Origin: Abditibacteriaceae bacterium
Lineage (GTDB): Bacteria > Armatimonadota > Abditibacteriia > Abditibacteriales > Abditibacteriaceae
Assembly (NCBI GenBank): GCA_031425655.1
Contig: JANPJS010000306.1
Location: 1-64,000, forward strand
DNA length: 64,000 bases
Direction of reading: 5' to 3'
Of this stretch, positions 18,977-28,925 are shown piece by piece. Below the pieces are notes generated by a model, which worked only from the letters and a program-made list of their open reading frames with translations, was not told where the DNA came from and did no database searches. A program made the translations under genes and the position numbers. Position 1 is the stretch's first letter; the number at the start of each line of letters is the position of its first letter.

Positions 18977-20503
18977 ATGCCCGGAATTCCGCTGCTCACG
19001 CTCACCGACGTTTGGCACAACACGGTCGCAAAATTCCCTAATAAAACCGCGCTGGTGATGGACGGCGCGCGATGGACGTATCGCGCACTGGATGCCGACA
19101 TCACGCGCCTCGCCGGGCACTTGAAAACGCTTAATGTCGCGCCCGGCGACCGCGTTGCCATCGCGATGCCTAATTGTCGGGAATTTTACGTGGCGTATTG
19201 GGCGGCACTGCGCACCGGGGCGATTTTGGCGCCGGTGAATTATCGCTTGGGCGCGAAAGAAATGGCCTATGTTTTCGGAAATATCGCGCCGAAAGTAGTC
19301 TGTTCGCACGCCGAGGTCTGGCAATCCGTCGCGCCGGTATTGAGCGAATCCGCTCCGCAAGCGCACGTCATCGGCGTCAAGATCGAAGGCGTCGAATCAT
19401 TTGAAACGGCGCTTCAAGCCGAACCGGCGCAAGCGGTTCCGGTTGACACCAACGACATTGCGATCATCGCGCACACGTCGGGCACGACGGGCGTGCCCAA
19501 AGGCGCGATGATGCGGCATGGCGATTTGCTGTTTAACATCAAAAACACGGTTATCCCGTTCAGTTGGCGCCACGAAGACGTGAATTTGCTGCTATCGCCG
19601 CTGTTTCACGTCGTCGCGCTGTATTCAATTGTGCCGTCCAGCGTTTATTTGGGAGCTACGGTCGTTGTCGCGCCGCGTCCTGATCCGCGCGAAGTGGTGG
19701 ACTTAATCGAAACCGAGCGCGTCACGAATTTTCTCAGCGTGCCGACGCTTCATCAGTTGGTTTCGTCGTTGCCGGCCATCGAAGAGCGCGATTTGAAATC
19801 GCTTCGCATGATTGGTTACAGTGGCTCGCCGATGCCGATTCGTGCTATCGAACGGCTACGCCACCTTTTTCCTCACGCGCGCCTGCACAACTTTTTCGGA
19901 CTGACGGAAACGATTTCGCTAACGCACATCACGCCTTCGGATGCGGCGGTTTCGCACGCGGATTCCATCGGCAAAACCATTCCTGATGTCGGCATGAAAA
20001 TCCTGCGCGACGACGGCGTTGAATGCGATTTCGGCGAACCCGGCATTCTGCATATTCATCGAGAAAACACCATCCGGGGCTACTGGAATCGGCCCGGTTT
20101 GCTTGAAGAATCGCTGACAAGCGACGGGCAATGGTTCAACACCGGCGACTTGGCGCGCGTGGACGAAGACGGCTTCGTTTATCTTGAAGGCCGCAAAAAA
20201 GAGATGATTATCGTCGCGGGCGAAAACGTCTTTGCGCTGGAAGTCGAGCGCTGCATTCTCGATCTCGACGGCGTGAAAGAAGCCGCCGTCGTCGGCATTC
20301 CGGCGACGGGAGTGCGAACGGCGCTCGGCGAATTGATTAAAGCCGTCGTGGTGAAACAGGACGACGCGGAACTGGCCGAGCGCGATATTAAACGCCACTG
20401 TGTTGAGCGTCTCGCGTCTTATAAAGTCCCGCACATGGTCGAATTCCGCGACGCCTTGCCGCGTAATTCATCGGGTAAAGTGCTAAAAAACGAGTTGAAA
20501 TGA
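18977..20503 (+). CDS. AMP-dependent acyl-CoA ligase (ANL superfamily)
   Basis: 'HTSGTTGVPKG', 'FGLTE', 'WFNTGD', 'GRKKEMI', 'LPRNSSGKV'. Confidence 0.93.
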   Translation: MPGIPLLTLTDVWHNTVAKFPNKTALVMDGARWTYRALDADITRLAGHLKTLNVAPGDRVAIAMPNCREFYVAYWAALRTGAILAPVNYRLGAKEMAYVFGNIAPKVVCSHAEVWQSVAPVLSESAPQAHVIGVKIEGVESFETALQAEPAQAVPVDTNDIAIIAHTSGTTGVPKGAMMRHGDLLFNIKNTVIPFSWRHEDVNLLLSPLFHVVALYSIVPSSVYLGATVVVAPRPDPREVVDLIETERVTNFLSVPTLHQLVSSLPAIEERDLKSLRMIGYSGSPMPIRAIERLRHLFPHARLHNFFGLTETISLTHITPSDAAVSHADSIGKTIPDVGMKILRDDGVECDFGEPGILHIHRENTIRGYWNRPGLLEESLTSDGQWFNTGDLARVDEDGFVYLEGRKKEMIIVAGENVFALEVERCILDLDGVKEAAVVGIPATGVRTALGELIKAVVVKQDDAELAERDIKRHCVERLASYKVPHMVEFRDALPRNSSGKVLKNELK

Positions 20504-21486
20504 CGCTCATTTTGCCGCCCGTTGACCACGACCGATTATTCAAAGAGCTTCTGACGACGTTTTTCTGGGAGCTTTTGCAATTGTTCTACCCGGAAATGCC
20601 GCCGCAGTTGGAGCGCAAGTCGTTGCATTTTCTCGATAAAGAAGTCTTCACCGACGTAACGTTGGGCGCGAAACACGAGGCTGATCTTATCGCGCAGGTG
20701 TCGTGGAAAGACGGCAAGCGGCGCCCGGCGTGGTTTTTAATCCACGTCGAGCACCAATCCAGCGCCCAGGCCCAATTCGGCAAGAGGATGTTTCAATATT
20801 TTGCGCGCTTGCACGAAAAATACGATGCGCCGATTTTTCCGATTGTCATCTTTTCCTACGACAGGCCGCATCGCGCGGAACCCAATCGCTATCGCGTTGA
20901 GTTTCCCCCGCGCACCGTTTTGGATTTTCAATTTGAGGTGATACAACTCAATCGCCTGCAATGGCGCGACTTCGTAAAACATGAAAATCCAGTCGCTTCG
21001 GCCTTAATGGCAAAAATGCAAATCGCGCCGCAAGACCGGCCAAAAGTGAAACTGGAATGTCTGCGTCTGCTGGTAACTTTGAAACTCAATCCCGCGAAGA
21101 TGCAACTTATTTCAGGATTCGTAGACTCTTACCTGAGATTGAACCGCGAAGAGAACACACATTTCGAGCGGGAATTGGAAAAGGAACAGCCGAAAAAGCA
21201 GGAGGCCATGATGGAAATCGTGACGAGTTGGATGCTTGAAGGCATGGAAAAAGGTCTGGAGAAAGGCTTGGAGCAAGGCTTGAAGCAAGGTCGGCAGGAA
21301 GGCCGGCAGGAAGGCGAAGCGGCACTGGTGCTGCGTTTGTTGCAACGCCGCGTCGGGGCGCTGACGCCGATGCAGGAAAAACGTGTTCGGCGTCTCAATG
21401 TGGAGCAACTCGAAGAACTTGGCGAGGCGCTGCTTGATTTTTCGGCGGCCAAAGATTTAAAGGTTTGGTTGGCCGCGCACAAGTAA
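20500..21486 (+). CDS. Rpn/YhgA-like PD-(D/E)xK nuclease with a DUF4351-type C-terminus
   Basis: 'DHDRLFKELL', 'ADL', 'IHVEHQS', 'RMFQY', G-x-x-x repeats, 'QLE.L.EALLDF'. Confidence 0.9.
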   Translation: MTLILPPVDHDRLFKELLTTFFWELLQLFYPEMPPQLERKSLHFLDKEVFTDVTLGAKHEADLIAQVSWKDGKRRPAWFLIHVEHQSSAQAQFGKRMFQYFARLHEKYDAPIFPIVIFSYDRPHRAEPNRYRVEFPPRTVLDFQFEVIQLNRLQWRDFVKHENPVASALMAKMQIAPQDRPKVKLECLRLLVTLKLNPAKMQLISGFVDSYLRLNREENTHFERELEKEQPKKQEAMMEIVTSWMLEGMEKGLEKGLEQGLKQGRQEGRQEGEAALVLRLLQRRVGALTPMQEKRVRRLNVEQLEELGEALLDFSAAKDLKVWLAAHK

Positions 21487-21489
21487 ATC

Positions 21490-23193
21490 ATGCCCAGTGA
21501 AGTCGCCGGATTTTTGGAAACCTCGCCGCCGCTTTATGCGATGGCGCATCGCGCCGACGGTGCGGTGAAGGGCGTGGTCGTCATCGTCGCGCCGTTCGCC
21601 GAAGAGAAAAAGGCCGCGCAGCGTGCCTTAGTCGCGGCCTCGCGCGCGTTCGCGGGCGCCGGATTCGAGGTGTTGCGCTTCGATTTGCGCGGAACTGGCG
21701 ACAGCGGCGGCGAGTTCTCGCAAGCCGATATTGCCAGTTGGCTCAACGATGTGCGCGATGCGATTGCCTCGGCGCGCGAAATGAGCGGCGCCCTTCCGCT
21801 GACGCTGCTTGGCCTGCGTTTCGGAGCGGCGTTGGCGTGGCTGGCCGCTTGCGACGAATCGCTGAAAGTTGACAATTTAGTGCTCTGGGAGCCGGTCACT
21901 TCGGGCGCGACTTATGTGCGCCAAAATCGGCAGCGCGCCCAGATTCGCGCGCAAATGACTTCGGGCCAAAGTGCGGCACCTGCGGGTTCAAGCGAGGAGT
22001 ATCCCGCGTTCGATTTCGACGGTTTCGCTATTAATTCCAAGCTGCACCGGGAAATGGCGCAGTTGGATTTACCGGCGCTTTCGCCGAAAATAAAGCGCTT
22101 GTTGATTTTGCAAATATCCGGCTCCGCGCGCTTGAAAAAGCCGTTTGAGGATTTAAAAACGCACGCGCAAAATATCGGCATCGAAACCGAAATCGAAAGC
22201 GTTGCCGTGGAAGCGTTTTGGAGCAGCATCGGCTTGATAGAAACCGACTTGGTTCGGAATCGCACTTTGCAATGGCTGGAAAAATATTCGTCGGAAACCG
22301 CTGATGAAAAGCGCGACTGCGCAATGGCGCAGCGGGCGGAAATTATTCCCGATATTTATGCCGAAATTTTGGGCTGGAAGAGTGGAAACGAAAATATTTA
22401 CGGCGTGCTTTACACGCCGAAAAATCAAAAGCCGGAGCGCGCCGTTTTCTTGTTGCATGGCTGGAGCGGCTATCGTGTCGGGCCGGGCCAATTGCTGTCC
22501 GAAACGGCGCGGGCTTTGGCGAAAAATGGCTACGCAGCCTATTCGTTCGACTTTCGAGGGCGCGGCGAAAGCCAGCTCGATGTAGCACAAGCCAGCTTGA
22601 ATTCGATGATTCTCGACGCGACGCGCGCTGTGCCGGTGCTGCGCGAGAAGCTCGGTGTTGAAAACGTGACGATGCTGGGCCTGTGTTCGGGCGGCGAAGT
22701 AGCGCTGGGCGCTGCACTCTCGCATTCGCGCATTGATAGCCTTGCGCTGTGGTCGGCGCCGGTTTTTTCGGGCGCCTTCACGATTAGTCGTCAAGCACGG
22801 CGCAGCCGTTCGGCGCTGCAAAAATATGCTCAGAAAATTCTAAAAGCCGACAGTTGGGCCAAACTTTTCAGCGGCCAGCTCAACTGGAAAATGATCGTGC
22901 GCGCCGTCACCGGCGGGCGTTCTAACGAAGACGCTGCCGTCACCGACAAAGCGCCCGACACGCAAAGCCAAATGAAGGCTTTTGAGGCATTTTCCGGCAA
23001 ATTATTCTTTATTTACGGCGGCAATGACCCGGAAACGCCGCCTTCGCGCGAGTTTTATCGTGAGTTCACCGAACGCGCCAAAATGCCCGCAGAGTTTCAC
23101 GAAATCGCCGGGGCTAACCACAATTATTATTCGGTCGAATGGAAGCGCGAAGTGATTCATCTTACGCTGGCGTGGCTGAAAAAATTGGATTAA
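21490..23193 (+). CDS. Tandem alpha/beta hydrolase fusion resembling exosortase-system hydrolase 2 plus hydrolase 1
   Basis: Domain 1 'PFAEE', 'G.GDS.G', 'GLRFG', 'LWEPV'; domain 2 'GYRVG', 'FDFRG.G.S', 'GLCSGG', 'GANH'. Confidence 0.8.
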   Translation: MPSEVAGFLETSPPLYAMAHRADGAVKGVVVIVAPFAEEKKAAQRALVAASRAFAGAGFEVLRFDLRGTGDSGGEFSQADIASWLNDVRDAIASAREMSGALPLTLLGLRFGAALAWLAACDESLKVDNLVLWEPVTSGATYVRQNRQRAQIRAQMTSGQSAAPAGSSEEYPAFDFDGFAINSKLHREMAQLDLPALSPKIKRLLILQISGSARLKKPFEDLKTHAQNIGIETEIESVAVEAFWSSIGLIETDLVRNRTLQWLEKYSSETADEKRDCAMAQRAEIIPDIYAEILGWKSGNENIYGVLYTPKNQKPERAVFLLHGWSGYRVGPGQLLSETARALAKNGYAAYSFDFRGRGESQLDVAQASLNSMILDATRAVPVLREKLGVENVTMLGLCSGGEVALGAALSHSRIDSLALWSAPVFSGAFTISRQARRSRSALQKYAQKILKADSWAKLFSGQLNWKMIVRAVTGGRSNEDAAVTDKAPDTQSQMKAFEAFSGKLFFIYGGNDPETPPSREFYREFTERAKMPAEFHEIAGANHNYYSVEWKREVIHLTLAWLKKLD

Positions 23194-23236
23194 ATATTTA
23201 TCCGGTGACAAAATCAGCCTCAAGTATTCAGCGTAA

Positions 23237-23365
23237 CTATGGTTTTCTTGGCATTAACGCATTGTCAATGACGCGGTTGACCACAGGCGCTATGACAGCG
23301 GCAGCCAATGTCAGCACTACCAGAACACGAATCACAATAGTCAATGAAAAACCCCGACGTTTCAT
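23237..23365 (-). CDS. 42-aa prepilin-like peptide
   Basis: Strong SD aggaggt; MKRRG|FSLTIVIRVLVVLTLAAAVIAP. Confidence 0.6.
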   Translation of the reverse strand: MKRRGFSLTIVIRVLVVLTLAAAVIAPVVNRVIDNALMPRKP

Positions 23366-23414
23366 AACAGCACCTCCTCTGCCTATTGTAAATCCCTTCC
23401 AATACGCCGTCTTC

Positions 23415-26162
23415 CTATTCCAGTCGCAATTTTTCTGCTGCGTCCGGCGCGACGGTGAGGCGATACTTTTTAGCGCCGACTTGCGCCTGTGTCGAAAAGA
23501 CATTTTCGTTTTGCATCACTGCGATTGAGGTCGCGGCTCCGTTTAACGAAATCAGCCACGCGACGGCGACCTGCTTGCCGCGAACGCGCTGCACCAGCAT
23601 CGGCACACGATCCGTCGTGTTTTTGCCGACACCCGTGCCCGCGAAGAGTTCGCCTGTCTGCGTCGAAGCAGTGCTGAGCGCGATCTCTAATTTGTCCGTG
23701 ACGCGAATCGGCGGCACGCGCAGCACTTTTGTCGCGCCCTGAAAATGCTGGTAGCCGGGTTTATCGGGCAGCGTAACGGTGGTTCCCGCCAGCGGCGCTG
23801 TCCATTGACCGGCATTGTGATAGGCGAAATCGTAAGTGTGTTCTGTGGCCGAATCGGCCATATCCAGCACCAAAATCGTGTCTTCGCCGAAAAGCGCGAC
23901 GGCGCGGCGATAAATCACGCCGTCGTAGATATTTCCGGCTTCCGCTAAGGCCGCCGACACGCCGGGACGTGAGATAAAGGCCAGAGATTTGCCTTCGGCG
24001 GGCTTCTGGTTGGCCTCGTCCACGGCCAGCGTGTTGTGCGCGAGCGTGGATTTATACCATTCGTTTTGAATCGGCACGCCGTAAGCTGCCGTGCCGGGGT
24101 CAACGCCTAAAATCTGGCCGCGCGAATACAGCACGAAATTCAATTTGTCGGGATGGCCGTGGCCTCCGCCGTGCGGGCCGTATTTCAGGCACAGCCACGT
24201 CGCGTCGGGGCCGGATGAATTTTGCAAAATCGCGTAGCCCGTCGCCGGATAGTTGCGGCTGGCACCACTCGTTGCCGCCGTTGCCGGCAATGCTTTATCG
24301 CCGAGCAAAAGGGCATCCAGTGAATCGCGCTTGCCGGTTTTTAAGACTTCGGCAAAGCGCGCATCGCCGTAGCGCGCGAAGGCAAGCTCATAAAGCCCTT
24401 GCTGCGGCGCGACGTTGACGGTTCCCGAATCGTTGAAGGCCGGCAGCAGCAAATTCGGCATGGCGAAGCTCAGCGGCCCCTCGAAAAGCTGCTTGAAACT
24501 GCGCCCATTTGGCGCCTTGTATTCGTAAAGGCCGAGGCCACAGCGCGCCCCGGCTTCGGCGAGCGGCACCGTCGCGTTCATGGTGTAAACGTGGTAGCCC
24601 CACGCGCCTTCATACCACTGGCCGTCGGCGCTGATGCCCTTTTCGATTTGCTTCTTGAAACCGACCGGCCCGTTGACTGCTTCGGCCACTAAATCAGCGT
24701 CGTTTAGCAGCAAACCGACTAAGCCCACTGCCGAATTCTTCCAACACTGAATGTTGTGAATCGGCATTTTATGCTGCCGAATCACCTGTGCGGCGGGACG
24801 CAGTAAATCGTTGCCGATATGCGTTTTATCGGCTGCGGAAAGCGTGTCCCAGATGAGATCGGCGCCCTGCGCGACGGGAATCGTCCAGGTGGATTCGTCC
24901 AGTGTTTGCGGCCCGATTTTACCGCCGCCGATATTGGGTTTGCCCTGCGTGTCGTGTAGCGGATAGCTCGCATATTTGTCGGCGTAAGCCAGCAAAATTT
25001 CGCGCGCTTTGGCTGCGTATTTTTTGTTGCCGCTTAAACGGTAGGCCAGTCCGAGGTTTTTCACATCGCGTGAATACGCATCGTGAATAGTCGAAAGATA
25101 AACGTCGTCGTAGGGATAACCGCTGTAAATCGTGCCGCAAATCTCGCATTTATGCTCGGTCGGCGATTGCGCTTTCAAACGCGCGCCGTCTTTTTTGCAG
25201 GCATACCAGTGATACCATTGCCCGCCGCGCGACGGCAGATTCAGCGGCTTGGCGAAAGCCGTATCGGCATCTTTAAGCAGCGTTTCGTAGCGCGCTTTGA
25301 GTTGCGGCTGCGCGGCCATGCGCGCTTTAATAGCGGGAATTTCGGCGTCGGATAAAAGCAGGCGTGGCGAGGGCGGCAAAGCCAGCGGTGGGGTAAAAAC
25401 GGCTTCGAGTTGCTTGGCAGAATCGGCGTCACCAGCCACCGCGACGGAAATCGGTAACCGCACACTTTGCAGCGGCGCGGCGTTTTGAGTAGATAGCGGC
25501 AACGCGATTTCGTGCGTGTGAATCGCGCCGGGCGCGAGCAGAATTTGCTGTCCGGCCACGTCCAACGTCAGAGGCGCGTCGGTGCGGTTTTTGACTTCGA
25601 TTTGCGTGCGCAGCGTGCCGTTCAGCACTTGCGATGATTTAATTTTCGCGTCGAAGTGTGCCGGACCGAAAGTGATGTCATCAAGATCGAGCGTCATGTT
25701 GGAATTCTCCGAACCTTCGGTGCGAAACGTGAGTGATTTGCCAACTAAATCCGGCTTTTCGCCCCACGTTAAAAAGGGTGACGCTAAATCAACAACTGCG
25801 CGATGCCATTGCCCGTCGGCTTCGAGAGTGGGCGCGATGTCCCACACCGCCTGCATTCCGCCCGCAAGGGGCGCCGCGACGATTTTTAGCATCAAATTGG
25901 AGCTTCCCGTGCCCGAAAAGCGATACCAGAAGCGCAATTCGCCGCCTTTTGTGAAATCCGGCGCGTTTTTGAGCGCCACGCTAGGCCCGCCGGGGCCTGC
26001 TGGCACGAAAAAGCGCGCGGCGTGTCCTGCGGCTTTGGCGCCGTCCGCCAACGTGGCGCCTTTGCTCCAACCATCCAGCGATTCGGCATCGTTCAAAACC
26101 GTCTGCGCCTGCGCGTGGCCGGTTAGAATAGCAATTGCGCCCCATATACAGATTTTTCGCAT
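23415..26162 (-). CDS. Secreted heparinase II/III-like polysaccharide lyase with an alginate-lyase-like toroid and N-terminal CBM-like domain
   Basis: 'QTLDE', 'HNIQCW', 'DG.WYEG..GYH.Y', 'PAFND', 'HGGGHGHPD', 'DPG..YG', 'T.AHNT'. Confidence 0.85.
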   Translation of the reverse strand: MRKICIWGAIAILTGHAQAQTVLNDAESLDGWSKGATLADGAKAAGHAARFFVPAGPGGPSVALKNAPDFTKGGELRFWYRFSGTGSSNLMLKIVAAPLAGGMQAVWDIAPTLEADGQWHRAVVDLASPFLTWGEKPDLVGKSLTFRTEGSENSNMTLDLDDITFGPAHFDAKIKSSQVLNGTLRTQIEVKNRTDAPLTLDVAGQQILLAPGAIHTHEIALPLSTQNAAPLQSVRLPISVAVAGDADSAKQLEAVFTPPLALPPSPRLLLSDAEIPAIKARMAAQPQLKARYETLLKDADTAFAKPLNLPSRGGQWYHWYACKKDGARLKAQSPTEHKCEICGTIYSGYPYDDVYLSTIHDAYSRDVKNLGLAYRLSGNKKYAAKAREILLAYADKYASYPLHDTQGKPNIGGGKIGPQTLDESTWTIPVAQGADLIWDTLSAADKTHIGNDLLRPAAQVIRQHKMPIHNIQCWKNSAVGLVGLLLNDADLVAEAVNGPVGFKKQIEKGISADGQWYEGAWGYHVYTMNATVPLAEAGARCGLGLYEYKAPNGRSFKQLFEGPLSFAMPNLLLPAFNDSGTVNVAPQQGLYELAFARYGDARFAEVLKTGKRDSLDALLLGDKALPATAATSGASRNYPATGYAILQNSSGPDATWLCLKYGPHGGGHGHPDKLNFVLYSRGQILGVDPGTAAYGVPIQNEWYKSTLAHNTLAVDEANQKPAEGKSLAFISRPGVSAALAEAGNIYDGVIYRRAVALFGEDTILVLDMADSATEHTYDFAYHNAGQWTAPLAGTTVTLPDKPGYQHFQGATKVLRVPPIRVTDKLEIALSTASTQTGELFAGTGVGKNTTDRVPMLVQRVRGKQVAVAWLISLNGAATSIAVMQNENVFSTQAQVGAKKYRLTVAPDAAEKLRLE

Positions 26163-26211
26163 AGAAAAATAGACAGATGTTCCAGCGTTTCGGGGCGTAA
26201 AGGAAGCCATA

Positions 26212-26973
26212 ATGCAAACCAAATTAACGTTTCTCGGTATCGCTTCAGCGGTGCCGCAGGCGAGCGAAGACACCGCCAGCTTTTTAGTCAACGGGCATCT
26301 GCTTTTCGACTGCGGCTGGTGCAACGTGCTGAAAATGCTGGAATTCGGCTACGATCCGCTACATGTGGACACGCTGTTTTTCACGCACTGCCACCACGAT
26401 CATTATCTTGGCTTACCGGCGCTGCTTTTTTACCGCGCGATGCGTGGCGCCAAAACGCCGCTGCGAATCGTCGGCCCGCCCGACGATTTGCCGACTGTCG
26501 CGGATTTGGCGCAGAAATTTTTACAGTGCGAACGCTTCGACGGCTTGCGTCAAGATTTAGAATTAGAACCGCTGGAACCGGGCCACACTTGGGAAAGCGA
26601 AGGCTACGAGATTCAAACTATTCGCGCTTTGCATCCGGTGACCGGCGTCTGCGGGCGTTTGACTGACAAGCGAAGCGGCGCCGTTATCGCTTTCAGCGGC
26701 GACACCTCGCCGCATCCCGACTTAGCGAATCTCGCGCGCGGCGCCGACCTGCTCATTCACGAAGCCAGCATTGCGCCGACCGGAAATTTGGATGCGCGTT
26801 GGGGCCATTCGCGCGCCGAAGATGCCGCGCGCATCGCGCTGGAAGCGAATGTGAAATCGCTGCGCCTCGTTCACGCCGGCGCGGGCCACCGCGCGGCATC
26901 GTTGGTCGCCGCGCAAGCCGTTTTTCCAGCTACGGAGTTGGCTGCGATGGGCGAGACGCTGATTTTGGGTTAA
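26212..26973 (+). CDS. MBL-fold hydrolase, RNase Z-like
   Basis: 'LFDCG', 'THCHHDH', 'FSGDT', 'LIHEA', 'GHS', 'LVH'. Confidence 0.85.
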   Translation: MQTKLTFLGIASAVPQASEDTASFLVNGHLLFDCGWCNVLKMLEFGYDPLHVDTLFFTHCHHDHYLGLPALLFYRAMRGAKTPLRIVGPPDDLPTVADLAQKFLQCERFDGLRQDLELEPLEPGHTWESEGYEIQTIRALHPVTGVCGRLTDKRSGAVIAFSGDTSPHPDLANLARGADLLIHEASIAPTGNLDARWGHSRAEDAARIALEANVKSLRLVHAGAGHRAASLVAAQAVFPATELAAMGETLILG

Positions 26974-27020
26974 TCCGTATTCTTCGCGGCTTTGGAGTGT
27001 GGCCCGCCTTTCGCTCTATC

Positions 27021-27139
27021 GAGCGCACTAAAATGCCGGGTGAATTTCACGAAATCGAAGGCGCCAACCACAACCATTATTCGGTCGAATTAAAGCGCGA
27101 GTTGAGTGATCTCACGGTGGATTTGGTTGAAGAAACTCT
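27021..27139 (+). pseudogene. Degenerate copy of the 3' end of the 21490..23193 hydrolase
   Basis: ERTKMPGEFHEIEGANHNHYSVELKRELSDLT vs ERAKMPAEFHEIAGANHNYYSVEWKREVIHLT (24/32 identical), then a 1-nt shift. Confidence 0.8.
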
Positions 27140-27188
27140 GGCTGCACCGCGAAGGTCGAATTTTAGATAATTAGTTGTAAAGTGCCCT

Positions 27189-28277
27189 ATGTCTCCTGAG
27201 ATAGCAGATCGTAAGCAAAAATTGAGTCGCGCTGAAAAATGGCTTTTTGCGGCTCCGTTGCTTGTAGGACTAACGTTTTTTCTCATGCCATCAGGTCAAA
27301 ATGTAATCTCTGCCTACTATCCGCAAAGGCTTGTTGGGCACACCAACAGCATTTATGCCGTCAAATTTTCGCCGGATGGAAAGCTGCTGGCGACGGGCAG
27401 TGACGACGGGACGATTAGAGTGTGGGATGTGCAAACCAAAGCTACAAAATACGTCCTGAATTCTCCCAGTTGGTGGTCGGGAATTGATTTTTCGCCGGAT
27501 GGGAAAATAATGGCAACCGGCGGACAGAATAAAAACATCACGTTATGGGACGTTGCGACGAGCCACAAATTGAAGTCATGGACAGCGCATCAGGCGGGCG
27601 TGGAATCCGTTGTTTTCTCTCCTATTGACCCAATTATTGCCAGCTCTGGCTGGGACGGTAGCGTCAAGGTCTGGAACAAAAACACAGGACGCTTGATAAA
27701 GACTTTATTTCCTGATCGAGCTGGGACTGGGATGGGGCCTCCAATTAATACCAGTTACGCGGCAAAACCTATTGCTTTTTCACCAAAGGGTGATGTGTTC
27801 GCTGGCACTGATCTGATAGTCGCAAAAGGTAATAGCAAATCCATGATACGCTTTTGGAACACCAAAAATTTCCATTTAGATCGAACTATTGTGATACCAA
27901 ATTATCAGAATGAAATATGGTCATTTTGCTTTTCTCCCGATGGTAGAAAGTTAGCTGTTTATGGGGGCGATATTTTAATCTTCGATCCTGCTTTGGGACA
28001 TATTATTTCCAAAATGGAAGCAAACGGTTTCGCTCTGAAATTCTTTCCCGATGGGAAACATCTCGCGGGAACAAACATGGGTTCCAAATCAACAGTGGAT
28101 GTTTTTAGTCTTGAAACAAAATTGGCAGCGCGAGCATTTTCTGATTCGGACAATATCGGCAGCAATCATAGGCTGGACATTTCGCCTGATGGCAGCACTT
28201 TGGCTTTTGGGGTTTATTCGGAAACCAAAAATACTGATGTTGAGCTATGGAAAATTGATACGACGCCTGAACACTAA
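27189..28277 (+). CDS. Membrane-anchored WD40-repeat protein
   Basis: 'GH...V.FSPDG..LATGS.D.TIRVWD' repeats; visibly more AT-rich than its neighbours. Confidence 0.92.
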   Translation: MSPEIADRKQKLSRAEKWLFAAPLLVGLTFFLMPSGQNVISAYYPQRLVGHTNSIYAVKFSPDGKLLATGSDDGTIRVWDVQTKATKYVLNSPSWWSGIDFSPDGKIMATGGQNKNITLWDVATSHKLKSWTAHQAGVESVVFSPIDPIIASSGWDGSVKVWNKNTGRLIKTLFPDRAGTGMGPPINTSYAAKPIAFSPKGDVFAGTDLIVAKGNSKSMIRFWNTKNFHLDRTIVIPNYQNEIWSFCFSPDGRKLAVYGGDILIFDPALGHIISKMEANGFALKFFPDGKHLAGTNMGSKSTVDVFSLETKLAARAFSDSDNIGSNHRLDISPDGSTLAFGVYSETKNTDVELWKIDTTPEH

Positions 28278-28364
28278 AGCCTATATTCCTCACGTTCGGC
28301 GTTATAGAGACGCGATATTTCTGGGCGGCACACCGAGTCTTTCGCTCTATACTAATTCCGCACC

Positions 28365-28859
28365 ATGCCCAAAATTACCGTGGAAACTCTTATCGCCGCG
28401 CCGCCGCAGGCTGTTTTCGATTTAGCGCGCGACATCGGCTTGCATTGCCAGACGTTGCGCGAAACTGGCGAGCGCGCCGTCGCGGGCACGACCAGCGGAC
28501 GCATCGGTTTGGACGAGTGGGTGACGTTTGAAGGCAAGCATCTTGGCTTGCGGCGGCGCCTGACCGGCAAAATCACCGAGTTTGAGGCGCCACATCGCTT
28601 TACCGACGAAATGACGGAAGGCGCTTTTAAATCGCTGAAGCACCTTCACGAATTCGAGGCCGCGCCGAACGGAACGCTGATGCGCGACACGCTCGAATGG
28701 AAGGCTCCGCTTGGCCCAGTCGGCTCCATAGCGAATCTGCTGGTGCTGGGCCGGCATTTGAAAAGCATACTGACGCGGCGTAACGCGCGCCTGAAAGACA
28801 TCGCCGAAGGCAAGGCGCCGGGGCAATCGCGGAAACCTGCGCGACGCGGCGCCGTCTAA
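28365..28859 (+). CDS. SRPBCC family protein
   Basis: 'I.APP..VFDL.R.I..H', 'F.DEM.EG.FK...H.H.F', 'GTLM.D'. Confidence 0.85.
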   Translation: MPKITVETLIAAPPQAVFDLARDIGLHCQTLRETGERAVAGTTSGRIGLDEWVTFEGKHLGLRRRLTGKITEFEAPHRFTDEMTEGAFKSLKHLHEFEAAPNGTLMRDTLEWKAPLGPVGSIANLLVLGRHLKSILTRRNARLKDIAEGKAPGQSRKPARRGAV

Positions 28860-28884
28860 AGGCGCCGTTGTTCGGCGAGCGAGT

Positions 28885-28893
28885 TGCTATACT
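28885..28893 (+). promoter_or_regulatory. Extended -10 promoter candidate for uORF-secA
   Basis: TGcTATACT about 32 nt upstream of the ATG at 28926. Confidence 0.5.
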
Positions 28894-28925
28894 GGGCAAC
28901 GCTTTCTTGAGTTTTGACTTTTATT

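Noticed and set aside
20500..21486. Rpn gene as an IS element
   Set aside because: No terminal IRs or target duplication seen; the 'putative transposase' label for this family is not evidence of transposition.
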